Origin: Vermamoeba vermiformis
Taxonomy: Eukaryota
Assembly (NCBI GenBank): GCA_045837725.1
Contig: JBEWZL010000276.1
Span: forward strand, 434,001 to 498,000
Length of the DNA: 64,000 nt
Reading direction: 5' to 3'
The stretch's first letter is position 1. Each line of letters begins with the position of its first letter. The translations under genes were made by a program, and so were the position numbers. Below, piece by piece: positions 1 through 11,704 of the stretch. Below the pieces are notes generated by a model that searched no databases, was not told where the DNA came from, and saw only the letters and a list, made by a program, of their open reading frames with translations.

Positions 1-1695
1 GTCGTTCATTGGGAGCACGTGACATTCTCAAGCTCTGGCATCAACAACATTCCTCCTTCATTCGATGTCTGCTACGTCGGTTACAGCAGCGGAAGCGAGT
101 TCCAAGCACGACCTTATCCTCTTGCTGCTGGCACTTTGCCTTCAGTTCTCTACGGCTACAACACTGCCGCTGCCTACAGTCCTAACCCTCACGCTGAGTT
201 GGCTGACAACGCCGTTCCCAAGCCTCAAAAGGACAGTGTCGTGATGTACTTCTCAATGACTGACACCAATCAGCTCTATTTGACTGTTCTTGTCGACTCT
301 CCTACCGACGGCACTGCTGGCGAGCTGACCTTGTCAATCACTTCACCGTCCTTCCCCGACGCTCAGACCACCGTTCTTTTGTCCGACGACCCGACTAACG
401 CTAACATTCCTGCACCCACTGACTTTACCGACAAGTTCAACTGGCAAGATGGCACTGGTTTGTTCCAATTCAAGTGGGGCAACAACACCGCTGACGGTGT
501 CATTCTCGGTCCGATGCCTTTGTTCGACATTCCCAACTTGGAACGTGGCTATTGCTTGAAACCAAAGATCTTGAGCCAAGTTGGCATCACTAATTTGGTT
601 GTGGCCGATTACTTCGTCACCGACTCTGGTTCTGTATTCTACACGAGTGTCTCAATGGAGGACTCCGAGATCTGTGTGTATCGCTGCGACAAGTTCTGTT
701 TCTTGTTCAACTCGTGTGGTCTTTGCAACCTGAACCCCAAGTGCAACTGGTGTGGCAACTACACTGACGGTCAATGCACTGACAAGTCTTCCACCACTGC
801 TTGCGCTGTTCAAGACGTCGCTAAAACTTGCCCGTGCTCCGACTACGCTTTCTTGGGTTGCGATACGTGCAACAGCGTTCCTGGATGCGAGTGGTGCTGC
901 GCTGGTGCGAACAGCACTTGTGCCTCTTTGGCCGACAATTCAACCTGCCCTGGCAAGTTCATCGACACCGCTTGCAACGACTTGAACGGTTGCAAGTCAA
1001 CAGACTTCTTGACGGGCTGCATCAACGGCGGTACTTGCACTTGTGGTGTTTGCAACTGTCCTCCTGGTCTTGCTGGTGATCATTGCGAGTTCACTCTCGA
1101 TTGTGCTGGTGTACCCAACGGCAACAACACTTTGAACGCTTGTGGCTTGTGCAACTCAACTGACTTATCATGCATCGGTTGTGATGGCAAACCATTCGGC
1201 ATCAATTACTACGATGAGTGTGGTGTTTGTGGTGGTGATGGAAGCTCGTGCTATAGCCCATGCAACTACACCCTCTGTACTCAATGCATTGCCAACGAAG
1301 CATGCTACTGGTGCTACTTGGATCAGAAGTGTATCTCACCTTTGTACGTCTCACGAAACGAGACTTGCACTCAAAAGGACGATCAACCTGCTGAAGGAGA
1401 GAAGGAGTGCCGCTTGCCCCCTGAAGCCGTTATCGGTTTGACAGCAGGTGCTATTGCCGGTATCGTTATTGGTGTTGCCGTGGCTGTCGGTCTTATCACT
1501 TGTAAGTAGCGGATCTACTCGAGATACAATCTCCGTAATGACTTGAAATTGACATACAATATTCTAGTCGGTGCTGCTAAGGGTACAGTGGACTACTATC
1601 GCAGAAGAAACGCCAACTTGGCTGCCGCTGTGGTTAGTCCGATCTACAAAGATCCAGTACAAGGAGGCAACAACGTTTTGTACCAGCCAAAGTAG
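1..1695 (+). CDS. Cys-rich single-pass cell-surface receptor, copy 1 (5'-truncated by the window edge): PSI/EGF-like stalk, TM helix, integrin-beta-like tail
   Basis: ORF 19..1509, then intron 1502..1567 (gtaagt..ctag), then last exon FGAAKGTVDYYRRRNANLAAAVVSPIYKDPVQGGNNVLYQPK* with stop at 1693-1695. It contains PSI-like CxxC..CxWC repeats, an EGF-like CINGGTCTCGVCNCPPGLAGDHC, the motif DECGVCGGDGSSC and a GxxxG-rich TM. Confidence 0.85.
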
Positions 1696-1901
1696 ACTCA
1701 TAATTGATGTGCGTAGAAAAATATTTGTAGGATTTGGTAAATAGTGTTTTTATTTCTCAAGCAGCGTAGTCGTGCTGGAATGCAAGTTAGATCTGCGTTC
1801 CGATTTTTTTCTGATAGGTCAGTCCTCATACTAATACGGCACCGGTTGTTTTTCGATCAATCAATTTACACAACCAGAACAATCGCGCTACAACCGTTAT
1901 C

Positions 1902-4753
1902 ATGGAACGCTTTTGCGCTATTTGCTGCCTGCTACTTTTGGCGCAGGTCGTGGGTACGTACCAGCCGCAATATTCACCTAATTATAAGATCATAATAACT
2001 AAATTAACCACTCTACTCCAGTGTCTCAGATTCCCATGGCGAACGTTAAACCGATAAAGCTGATCCAAGTTAACGGAACACCGTTTAACGCTCCCATCGC
2101 TCCGGAACATCATGAGCCCTCAGGAACTCTCTTGTTAAGCGTAAACTATCCTACGGGTAACCCAGTTGTGTTTGAGAGAGTCCTCTTCAATGGCTCTCAC
2201 GTTCCATTTTCTCCTCTCGCGGGCCTCTACGAAGAGATCAAGATGGCTTCAGTTCGCTCTCATCATGTCAAGTCGTTGGCTCAAGGCTTCAAAATTGGAG
2301 ATATGTTCACAGGCAACGGTAATGATGGAGAAGTCCTCAAGATCGAAACGAATCTGGATGGTACCGATGGAACAATTATCCGAACTTGGGTCAAGCTTTC
2401 TGCTCCTGGAGGGTAAGTATTTTTCAGCTAGAGGACTACGCGTGTTAAGCCATTCTTTAGTGGAGGCGTTGGTCTTCTTCGTGGAGGTTTGGCATTCGAT
2501 CAAACTGGTGAATGGAACGGAGATCTCCTTGTAACCACCAATAACGGCTTTGTGTTCCGTGTGACTGCCGCAGGAGTTGCCACCTACGTGACAAGAGTCA
2601 GCGGAAACAATCTTGAGGTAAAATTAACATTGCTCATATTTTTGGACCCGATCTAACGTTCTGCATTTAGGGTGCTATGGTGGTACCTAACAACGCCACT
2701 AAGTATGGTCCTCTTGCTGGTGCTCTGATTGCGGGAACTACGTTGGACAACAACGTCATGTATACTATTCGTCAAGACGGATCCTTCACTCAGTACACGT
2801 TGTACACCGATGTTAAGCACTCATGGGAGGACTTCGACGTTGTCATTCCGTTCAATAACTTCTACGGCGTTGATTACGGTGCCAACAAGCTGCTCGCTGC
2901 CAAAGCTGAGGACTGGAAGGACTTGCACAACGAATTGATTGTCGCTGAAGAGTACTACGAGTGGGCAGGTTGCCGCTCTTGCTTATACGTGCTTAGATAT
3001 AACTTTGAAACATCATCCCCGACCTTCGAGTGCGTCCCTCTTGCGGATGATTCGCTCGGCGTCATTCACTTTGAACACGTGACATTCTCGAGCTCTGGCA
3101 TCAACAACATTCCTCCTTCATTCGATGTCTGCTACGTCGGCTACGACAACAGTGCAGAGTTCCAAGCACGACCTTACCCTCTTGCTGCTGGCACTTTGCC
3201 TTTGGTTCTCTACGGCTACAGTACGGTATCGCCGTCCAGTCCCAATCCTTACACTGAGTTGGCCGACAACATGGTTCCCAAGCCTCAGAACGACAGTGTT
3301 GTGATGTACTTCTCAATGACTGACACCAATCAGCTCTATTTGACTGTTCTTGTCGACTCTCCCACTGACGGCACTGCTGGCGAGCTGACCTTGTCAATCA
3401 CTTCACCCACCTTCCCTGACGCTCAAACAACGGTCTTGCTCGGCGACGATCCTACTGGCGCCACTTTCTCTGATCTCTCCGACTTCCCTGACAAGTTCAA
3501 CTGGCAAGATGGCACTGGTTTGTTCCAATTCAAGTGGGGCGCAAACACATCTGACGGTGTTATTCTCGGTCCGATGCCTTTGTTCGACATTCCCAACTTG
3601 GAACGTGGCTATTGCTTGAAACCAAAGATCTTGAGTCAAATTGGCATCAGGCAGTTGGTCGTCGCTGACTACTTTGTGACTGATTCAGGCTCTGTGTTCT
3701 ACACCACGATTAACTCAGAAGATCCCGAGATCTGCGTGTATCGTTGCGACAAGTTCTGTTTCTTGTTCAACTCGTGTGGTCTTTGCAATCTGAATCCCAA
3801 GTGCAACTGGTGTGGCAACTACACCGATGGTCAATGCACTGACAAGAACTCGTTCTCTGCCTCTTGTAACGCAACTGAAGTGAAAACAACCTGTCCTTGC
3901 GAAGAGTACTCGTTCTTGGGCTGTGATACTTGCAACAACATTGCAGGATGCGAGTGGTGCTGCGCTGGTGCGAACAGCTCTTGTGCCACTCTTGGTGATG
4001 CGAGCACTTGCCCTGGCGAGTTCATCAACACCACTTGCAACGACTTGAATGGTTGCAAGTCAGCAGATTTCTTGACTGGCTGCATCAATGGTGGCAAGTG
4101 CACTTGTGGTGTTTGCAACTGTCCTCCTGGTCTCGTTGGTGATCACTGCGAGTTCACTCTCGACTGTGCTGGTGTACCCAACGGCAACAACACTTTGAAC
4201 GCTTGTGGCTTGTGCAACTCAACTGACTTATCGTGCATCGGTTGTGATGGCAAACCATTCGGCATCAACTACTACGATGAGTGTGGTGTTTGTGGTGGTG
4301 ATGGAAGCTCGTGCTTTGTTCCTTGCAACTACACCCTCTGTACTCAATGCACTGCCAACGAAGCATGCTATTGGTGCTACTTGGATCAGAAGTGTATCTC
4401 ACCTTTGTACGTCTCACGAAACGAGACTTGCACTGAGAAGGATGACCAGCCTCTCGATGGTGAGAAAGAGTGCCGCTTGCCCCCTGAAGCCGTTATTGGT
4501 TTGACAGCTGGTGCTATTGCTGGTATCGTTGTTGCAGTCGCAGTCGCTGCTGGTCTCATTGCATGTAAGTGATACCAACTACTTTTAAGGAACATTAACT
4601 TACCGTCTAAACTCAGTCGGAGCAGCCAAGGGCACAGTGGACTACTACCGAAGAAGAAACGCCAACTTGGCAGCTGCGGTTGTGAGTCCGATCTACAACG
4701 ATCCAGTTCAACGAGGCAGCAACGTATTGTACGAGGCCAACGGCAGCACTTAA
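1902..4753 (+). CDS. Cys-rich single-pass cell-surface receptor, copy 2 (complete, 5 exons)
   Basis: Exons 1902-1953 (signal peptide MERFCAICCLLLLAQVV), 2022-2412, 2461-2617, 2671-4564 and 4617-4753. All introns are GT-AG and keep the frame. The tail reads ...VVSPIYNDPVQRGSNVLYEANGST*. Confidence 0.88.
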
Positions 4754-5178
4754 GCTGGTTTTTCCGTAGCTTGACCTGGAATAAAACAGATAAGTATCAT
4801 TATTTTAAATAGCGAAATGCTTGAGGTTCCCAAGAACGCGCAACGAAAGATCAGATCTAAGGAGCAATTTCAAGAGGTAATAATTCATAAATCACGTTTC
4901 ATAATTTACTAACCACTATGTAGTACTATTAGGAAGCCGAATTTCGGTAGGTAATCAGTCTAAATGCATAACGAATCCGTTCGATCCAAACCTGTAGTCA
5001 GCCGGAACTTCGTAACACAGCACTGTTTTGCTTCTGCACAATCTTTTTTTTCATAGCCGGGCTAATTTCCTAGTCCGACCAATCAGCGCGCAGTATTGCA
5101 GTCACAAGAGTTTTTCCAGCGAACAAACTTAGTCCAATTTAATAACTTGAAAGTATAAGACCATACACGGCTTGGAAC

Positions 5179-8121
5179 ATGGCAAGAATAACCCAGAGAG
5201 TGTTTTCTTGCCTTTGTATACTTGCCTTGGCTCAATTGGCGAGTACGTATTTTTTTGATCTACCGGTACAAATTTAAATGGACTTTGCAAATTAATTTTT
5301 AAATATTATATTTGTGCGTATAAATATATTCTAACTATCATTTATAGTCTGTGGCCAAATTCCTATGGCTAATGTTAAACCGATCAAGTTAATCCAAGTT
5401 AACGGAACACCATTTAACGCTCCCATCGCCCCGGAACATCATGAACCCTCAGGAACTCTTTTGTTGAGTGTCAATTATCCTAGCGGTAACCCAATTGTGT
5501 TTGAGAGAGTCCTCTTCAATGGCTCTCACGTTCCATTTTCAACACTCTCCGGACTTGGTGAAGAGATCAAGATGGCTTCAGTTCGCTCTCATCATGTCAA
5601 GTCATTGGCTCAAGGCTTCAAAGTCGGAGATATGTTCACAGGCAACGGTAATGATGGAGAAGTGCTCAAGATCGAAACAAATCCGGATGGCAAAGACGGA
5701 ACTATTATCCGAACTTGGGTCAAGTTATCTGCTCCCGGAGGGTAAGCACCTACCTGATATTGTGATATTGTTAGTATTGGATTGAAGTATTTTCTGACGA
5801 TAATTTTTTTTAGTGGAGGCGTTGGTCTTCTTCGTGGTGGTTTGGCATTCGATCAAACTGGTGAATGGAACGGCGACCTTATTGTCACTACCAATATCGG
5901 CTTTGTGTTCCGTGTGACTGCTGCCGGCGTTGCCACCTACGTGACAAGAGTCAGCGGAAACAATCTTGAGGTAAAATTGGCGGCAGAACGATACTGGCCA
6001 ACTGAAGCTAACGCGTATTAATATTTAGGGCGCTATGATTGTGCCTAACAATGCCACCAAGTTCGGTCCCATGGCTGGAACTTTGATCGCCGGAACTACA
6101 AGTAGCGACAACATTTTCTATGCCATCCGTAAAGACGGATCTTTCTCGCCATACCAACTGTACACGAATCGCGCCCACTCATGGGAAGACTTCGACGTTG
6201 TCATTCCGTTCAATAACTTCTACGGAGTTGATTACGGCTCGAACAAGTTGCTCGCTGCCAAAGCTGAGGACTGGGACGACTTGCACGACGAGTTGATTAT
6301 CACGGAAGAGTTCTGGGCTAATGATGATTGCCCATCTTGCTTGTACTTGTTCCGCTGGGACTTCCAAAACTCTCAGCCTGCCTTCGAGTGCATTCCTCTT
6401 ACGGATGATTCTGAAAAGGTAGTTCACTGGGAACACGTGACATTCTCGAGCTCTGGCATCAACAACATTCCTCCTTCATTCGATGTCTGCTACGTCGGCT
6501 ATGACGGCAATGCAGAGTTCCAAGCACGACCTTATCCTCTTGCTGCTGGCACTTTGCCTTCAGTTCTCTACGGCTACAGCGCGGTATCGCCGTCCAGTCC
6601 CAATCCTTACACTGAGTCGGCTGCCAATGTGGTTCCCAAGCCTCAGAACGACAGTGTCGTGATGTACTTCTCAATGACTGACACCAATCAGCTCTATTTG
6701 ACTGTTCTTGTCGACTCTCCCACTGATGGTACTGCTGGCGAGCTGACCTTATCAATCACTTCACCCACCTTCCCTGACGCTCAAACAACGGTCTTGCTCG
6801 GCGACGATCCGACTAGCGCCACTTTCTCTGATCTCTCCGACTTCCCTGACAAGTTCAACTGGCAAGATGGCACTGGTTTGTTCCAGTTCAAGTGGGGCGC
6901 AAACACATCTGACGGTGTCATTCTCGGTCCGATGCCTTTGTTCGACATTCCCAACTTGGAACGTGGCTACTGTTTGAAACCAAAGATCTTGAGTCAAATC
7001 GGCATCAGGCAGTTGGTCGTCGCTGACTACTTCGTGACTGATTCAGGCTCTGTGTTCTACACCACGATTAACTCAGAAGATCCCGAGATCTGCGTGTATC
7101 GTTGCGACAAGTTCTGTTTCTTGTTCAACTCGTGCGGTCTTTGCAACCTGAACCCCAAGTGCAACTGGTGTGGCAACTACACTGATGGTCAATGCACTGA
7201 CAAAAACTCGTTCTCTGCCTCTTGCAACGCAACTGAAGTGAAAACAACCTGTCCTTGCGAAGAGTACTCGTTCTTGGGCTGTGACACTTGCAACAACATT
7301 GCAGGCTGCGAGTGGTGCTGCGCTGGTGCGAACAGCACTTGTGCCACTCTTGGTGATGCGAGCACTTGCCCTGGCGAGTTCATCAACACCACTTGCAACG
7401 ATTTGAACGGTTGCAAGTCAGCAGACTTCTTGACTGGATGCATCAACGGTGGCAAGTGCACTTGTGGTGTTTGCGACTGTCCTCCTGGTCTCGTTGGTGA
7501 TCACTGCGAGTTCACTCTCGATTGTGCTGGCGTACCCAATGGCAACAACACTTTGAACAAATGTGGCTTGTGCAACTCAACTGACTTATCATGCATCGGT
7601 TGTGATGGCAAACCATTCGGTATCAACTACTTCGACGAGTGTGGTGTTTGCGGTGGTGATGGAAGCTCGTGCTTTGTTCCTTGCAACTACACCCTTTGTA
7701 CTGATTGCATTGCCAACGAAGCGTGCTATTGGTGCTACTTGGATCAGAAGTGTATCTCACCTTTGTACGTCTCACGAAACGAGACTTGCACTGAGAAGGA
7801 CGATCAGCCTCTCGATGGTGAGAAAGAGTGCCGCTTGCCTCCTGAAGCCGTTATTGGTTTGACAACTGGTGCTATTGCTGGTATCGTTGTTGCAGTCGCA
7901 GTCGCTGCTGGTCTCATTGCATGTAAGTAGCGCACACGTTGACGGCTGATGAAACATTTTGTACTTACGTTTATTATTACGTAGTCGGAGCAGCCAAGGG
8001 CACAGTGGACTACTACCGAAGAAGAAACGCCAACTTGGCAGCTGCAGTTGTGAGTCCGATCTACAACGATCCAGTTCAACGAGGCAGCAACGTATTGTAC
8101 GAGGCCAACACGAACGCTTAA
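5179..8121 (+). CDS. Cys-rich single-pass cell-surface receptor, copy 3 (complete, 5 exons)
   Basis: Signal exon MARITQRVFSCLCILALAQLA, then the same intron positions as copy 2. ORFs 5365..5745, 5782..6021, 6035..7930 and 7939..8121 splice together. The tail reads SPIYNDPVQRGSNVLYEANTNA*. Confidence 0.88.
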
Positions 8122-8226
8122 GTTTGTAGTACTCAGAAGGTCGTAGAACCTTGTCATTCTTTTTTTGCTATTATTAATAAAGTAATTTATTGTATCTCGA
8201 GTCGATACTGGACTATCAAATGATAA

Positions 8227-9000
8227 TTAGCGCTTGTAACCAATCTTGCGCAAAAAGGTCTTGCGTTCTTGTTGCTTTTCCTGATCCTCGACTGTGTGGC
8301 AAGATAAATCATTGGAACTAATTATACATCATCTACTACGTACCTCCGAGCGGTGCTTGGCCGTCGATCACGCCCATGACGCCGCGGCCTTGAGCACTTT
8401 TGGCTACAATGACTTGGAGCGGATTTGCTGTAGCACTATGAGTGGTGACGTGTCAGGAGCAAAATATGACAATATTATTACAAGCACGTACCAAAATATT
8501 CTAGCAACCTCGGGCACGTTCTTAATTGCATTCAAGCAATTAATGGGAAACGCATCTTTCATGAAGACAATGAACGTGTGGCCGCAGCCAATTTTTAAGG
8601 CATTATTCTAATTTAATAAAGTTAATACGATGCCACGTTCAATGAAATTACAAGAGCCAAGCCGGAAAATTTTTCAGTCGATCAGATCAGAAATCTTACC
8701 TTTGCCAACTCAATTAATGAGTTGTCATTTCCATCCCAGCGTACTAATCTATCACCGGATGCCTCGCAAAAGGCGACACCGAATTTAATGCTCATGCTAG
8801 TGACATCCACCAAAAATAATATCAGTACTTTATCTTCTAAACCAATATTGACTCGCCTGTCTGGCCAATATCTATGATATGTCTTACCTGCATTGAATAA
8901 GAGCCTCGTACAAGTCCTCGACTGTCTTAATGAAGTGAGATTGACCGAAGATCAGGTTTAAGGACTCTGGGTTTTCAACAGTGACGGTTTCGAGCTCCAT
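8227..9000 (-). CDS. Adenosine-specific kinase / DUF355 family protein (prokaryote-type, 160 aa, 5 exons)
   Basis: Not in the ORF track. Exons 9000-8888, 8796-8700, 8607-8492, 8435-8344 and 8291-8227 (483 nt) give [34 protein letters not shown]...[21 protein letters not shown]...[59 protein letters not shown]...FLRKIGYKR*. These are the family hallmark motifs. Confidence 0.92.
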
Positions 9001-9149
9001 TTGAATCACGTGCTATTTAAAATTGACAATTATCGTGTTGTGTTTGTGTTTTGCTCAAAAGAATAAGAATGTTATCAATTCTCACATTTCAATTAAATGC
9101 ACCAACACGCGAGCATCACTTGGTGAATATTTTATATATTTTTATCATA

Positions 9150-11618
9150 ATGCGCTTAATTACGTGGGCGTATACTATCGCCATATTATTTTTTTGTGTT
9201 GGCTCTTTGATTTTGTTTTTGGAAGCGGATGCAGTCAAAGAACAACCGCAAAGCACTGTAAATATTAATAATAATCAGAATATTAAGCGTAGTCGATACT
9301 TCGATGAATATGATGTAGATCCGCAAGCGAATTTACTCACGTTGGAGGTAGCAGCCACGTCATCCGAACAAGATCGTGACAAACAGAAGACTAAAAGCAC
9401 CACCGAGAAGATCACCTCTTTTATTAAGGACGTTAAGAATAAAGTACAAGGTACTCCAACAACCAAGTCACCAGAAGAGTTGGAGAAAAATCCATTTGCA
9501 AAGTCGGATGTAGCAACGAGCCAGCAAACCACAGCGACCCAAAGTGCCGATAATATATCTATCAGAATACTCCCCAATGCGAGCAAAAAATTCGTTGCCT
9601 TTTTATTCCTCGTTTTTGCGATAGCAGGTAAAATTCAGATCCAAATATTTAATACAGAAAAATTACCTCTTATTATTATTATTATTTAAATGTCGCTAAC
9701 TTTCTTGTTGCAGTTTTTTCAACGTACTACGTCATCACATCTCGAAACGTACACTCTCAAGAAGCCACACAAAATCGAAGCAAATCTGCACTTAAAAAGC
9801 AAAATCAGACAACTGTTGCAGTAGCAGATGATGGCACTATTAATATCACTCACAAGAATAATAATAGCAGTAACAATAGGGAGGCACATGTCAAACAAAA
9901 GCGGCAGGTGACCATTCAAGATCGGGACGAGTCTAAGAATAACACCGAAAACACCAATAATAATAATAATAACTTTAATAATAATAATAACTTTAATAAT
10001 AACACCGAGGTTACAAAAGAAGAGTTACATGACGCTGCAGATCCAAAACCAGATTTGAGCGAGGACTCAACAACCAATACAAATGAAAGCACCAATGAGA
10101 AGAGTTCTAAAAATAGCTCAGAAGAAATTAAAAAAGATCGTTCAGTGAACGACAAGTCAACCAAAGCCGAACAAAAAGAAGTTAGTCCTCGTCGAGAGGT
10201 GCAGATCCCGCCTCGTGTCACAGAGCCCGATGAGCACCATTTGGCCTCAGATGACGATGAACACGGTCAAGACCCCGAGTACGAAGAAGAAGTGCACGAG
10301 ACAATTGTGTTGAGTTCGAGCAGTAGTCAGATCAGGGCCAAAAAGAACTCACCTCGCGTGCACGAGATTGACACGGAGATTGCCGAGCATCAACACACCA
10401 TTCAGCTGCTTGAACGCGAAGTCACATCTGATAACGCGATTAAAATACGCGAACTAAAGATGTTTGTGACCGATCTGAAATTAAGAAAGATGGAAATTGA
10501 GGTAACAAAAAAAAATTAAATTAATGGACGAGATCCGGAGATCTAACATAGGCAAATGTTAGGAAAAAATGGCCTCGAACGCATTATCATTTGAGCAAAT
10601 TAAAGAGATGCAACGACAAAATAAATTCAAGCGAAAAACGAAACGAGAAGAAATTTCAAAGAGCGCTGAATATCGCAACACCAAGACCGTGTTGACCGAG
10701 AAACAAAACCAAGTGAGTGCATCTATATCAACTCACTATACTATAAATATACTAACGGTGTCGGCTACTACAGATCCAATCACAAAGTCTCAAATTAAAG
10801 GGCGAAAAGAATGAGCGGGAAGTCGCAGAACAGCAGCGCAAACACGAAAAAGAATTGCAAGAGGTAACAGCAGATCCAGCCATTGCTTCGATTAATTACT
10901 CATCCTATTGCCTTTAGATGATGTGGAACGAGTTCATATTCGTGGCCAAAGTGACATTAGTGATCTTCATAATATTCTGGGGCATTCATCTGTGGCAGAC
11001 AATGTCCGTCTCTGTCATTATCTCAGTATTGCGTCAAAAGTTCGGAGAATTTGTAGCATACTTGTTCCCGAGCACTGCACGCAATTTGTCATTTTTGAAC
11101 AAAGTACCTTTTGTAGGAACTCTTTTATCGGGTGCCGGGTAAGTTGGATCAGATCCACTTTACAAGATCTGACAACTTTCTTTCAGATCATTTATGGGCA
11201 TCTTACTATTACTTCTTGGGTTCGTCGCATATGCAGTAGCTTTTTGGTTCATTGGCTCGTACACCGCGAACACAATATTGTTGACAGGTGTCATGCTCGG
11301 ACTTGGTGCGTGGCGTCATGTTGTCACCGGCGGCGTTACGTTCGTTACGCTCGCATCGATCGAATATATCGTGATTAGACAGTTGGTGAGTCCTATATAC
11401 TAGTCATCACGTAATCAGTCCTAACATTCAAATAGAAACATCACATGAACAGTCCAAAGTACTCGCTGATCTACATTCCGTTCGTCATCTTCGCTGCTGT
11501 TTTGGGCTATTTCACGGCGTTTAATGTATTGTCTGTGGAGGTACCTATTCAAGCAGCTGCAAACACGTCACTTGTACATAATGTTTGGAGTCGCGTGTCC
11601 AAACTTGTATTAAAATAA
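9150..11618 (+). CDS. Multi-pass membrane protein with a low-complexity region and coiled coil, function unknown
   Basis: Signal-like N-terminus MRLITWAYTIAILFFCVGSLILFL, a TM segment KKFVAFLFLVFAIA, an Asn/acidic region, a heptad-rich segment and several C-terminal hydrophobic helices. About 7 exons splice in frame to TAA at 11616-11618. Confidence 0.7.
9956..10003 (+). repeat. (AAT)n coding microsatellite encoding NNNNNNFNNNNNFNNN
   Basis: aataataataataataactttaataataataataactttaataataac. Confidence 0.9.
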
Positions 11619-11704
11619 ATTTCCAATCAAGGAATTGAAATTTTAATTCCTTTCGCATCATTATCCGCAACTTTATTTACAATTAAGATTAATAGCAAAA
11701 CTTT

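Larger units (their letters stand above)
1..8121 (+). repeat. Head-to-tail tandem array of at least 3 paralogous receptor genes, unit about 3.1-3.4 kb
   Basis: Long near-identical blocks recur at about 19, 3079 and 6437 (gtgacattctc..agctctggcatcaacaacattcctccttcattcgatgtctgctacgtcgg). Confidence 0.95.

Noticed and set aside
343-7862. Alternative-frame and antisense ORFs repeated in each receptor copy
   Set aside because: They recur only because the underlying DNA is duplicated.
8294-8611. 105-aa plus-strand ORF
   Set aside because: It is the antisense shadow of the spliced DUF355 gene on the minus strand.
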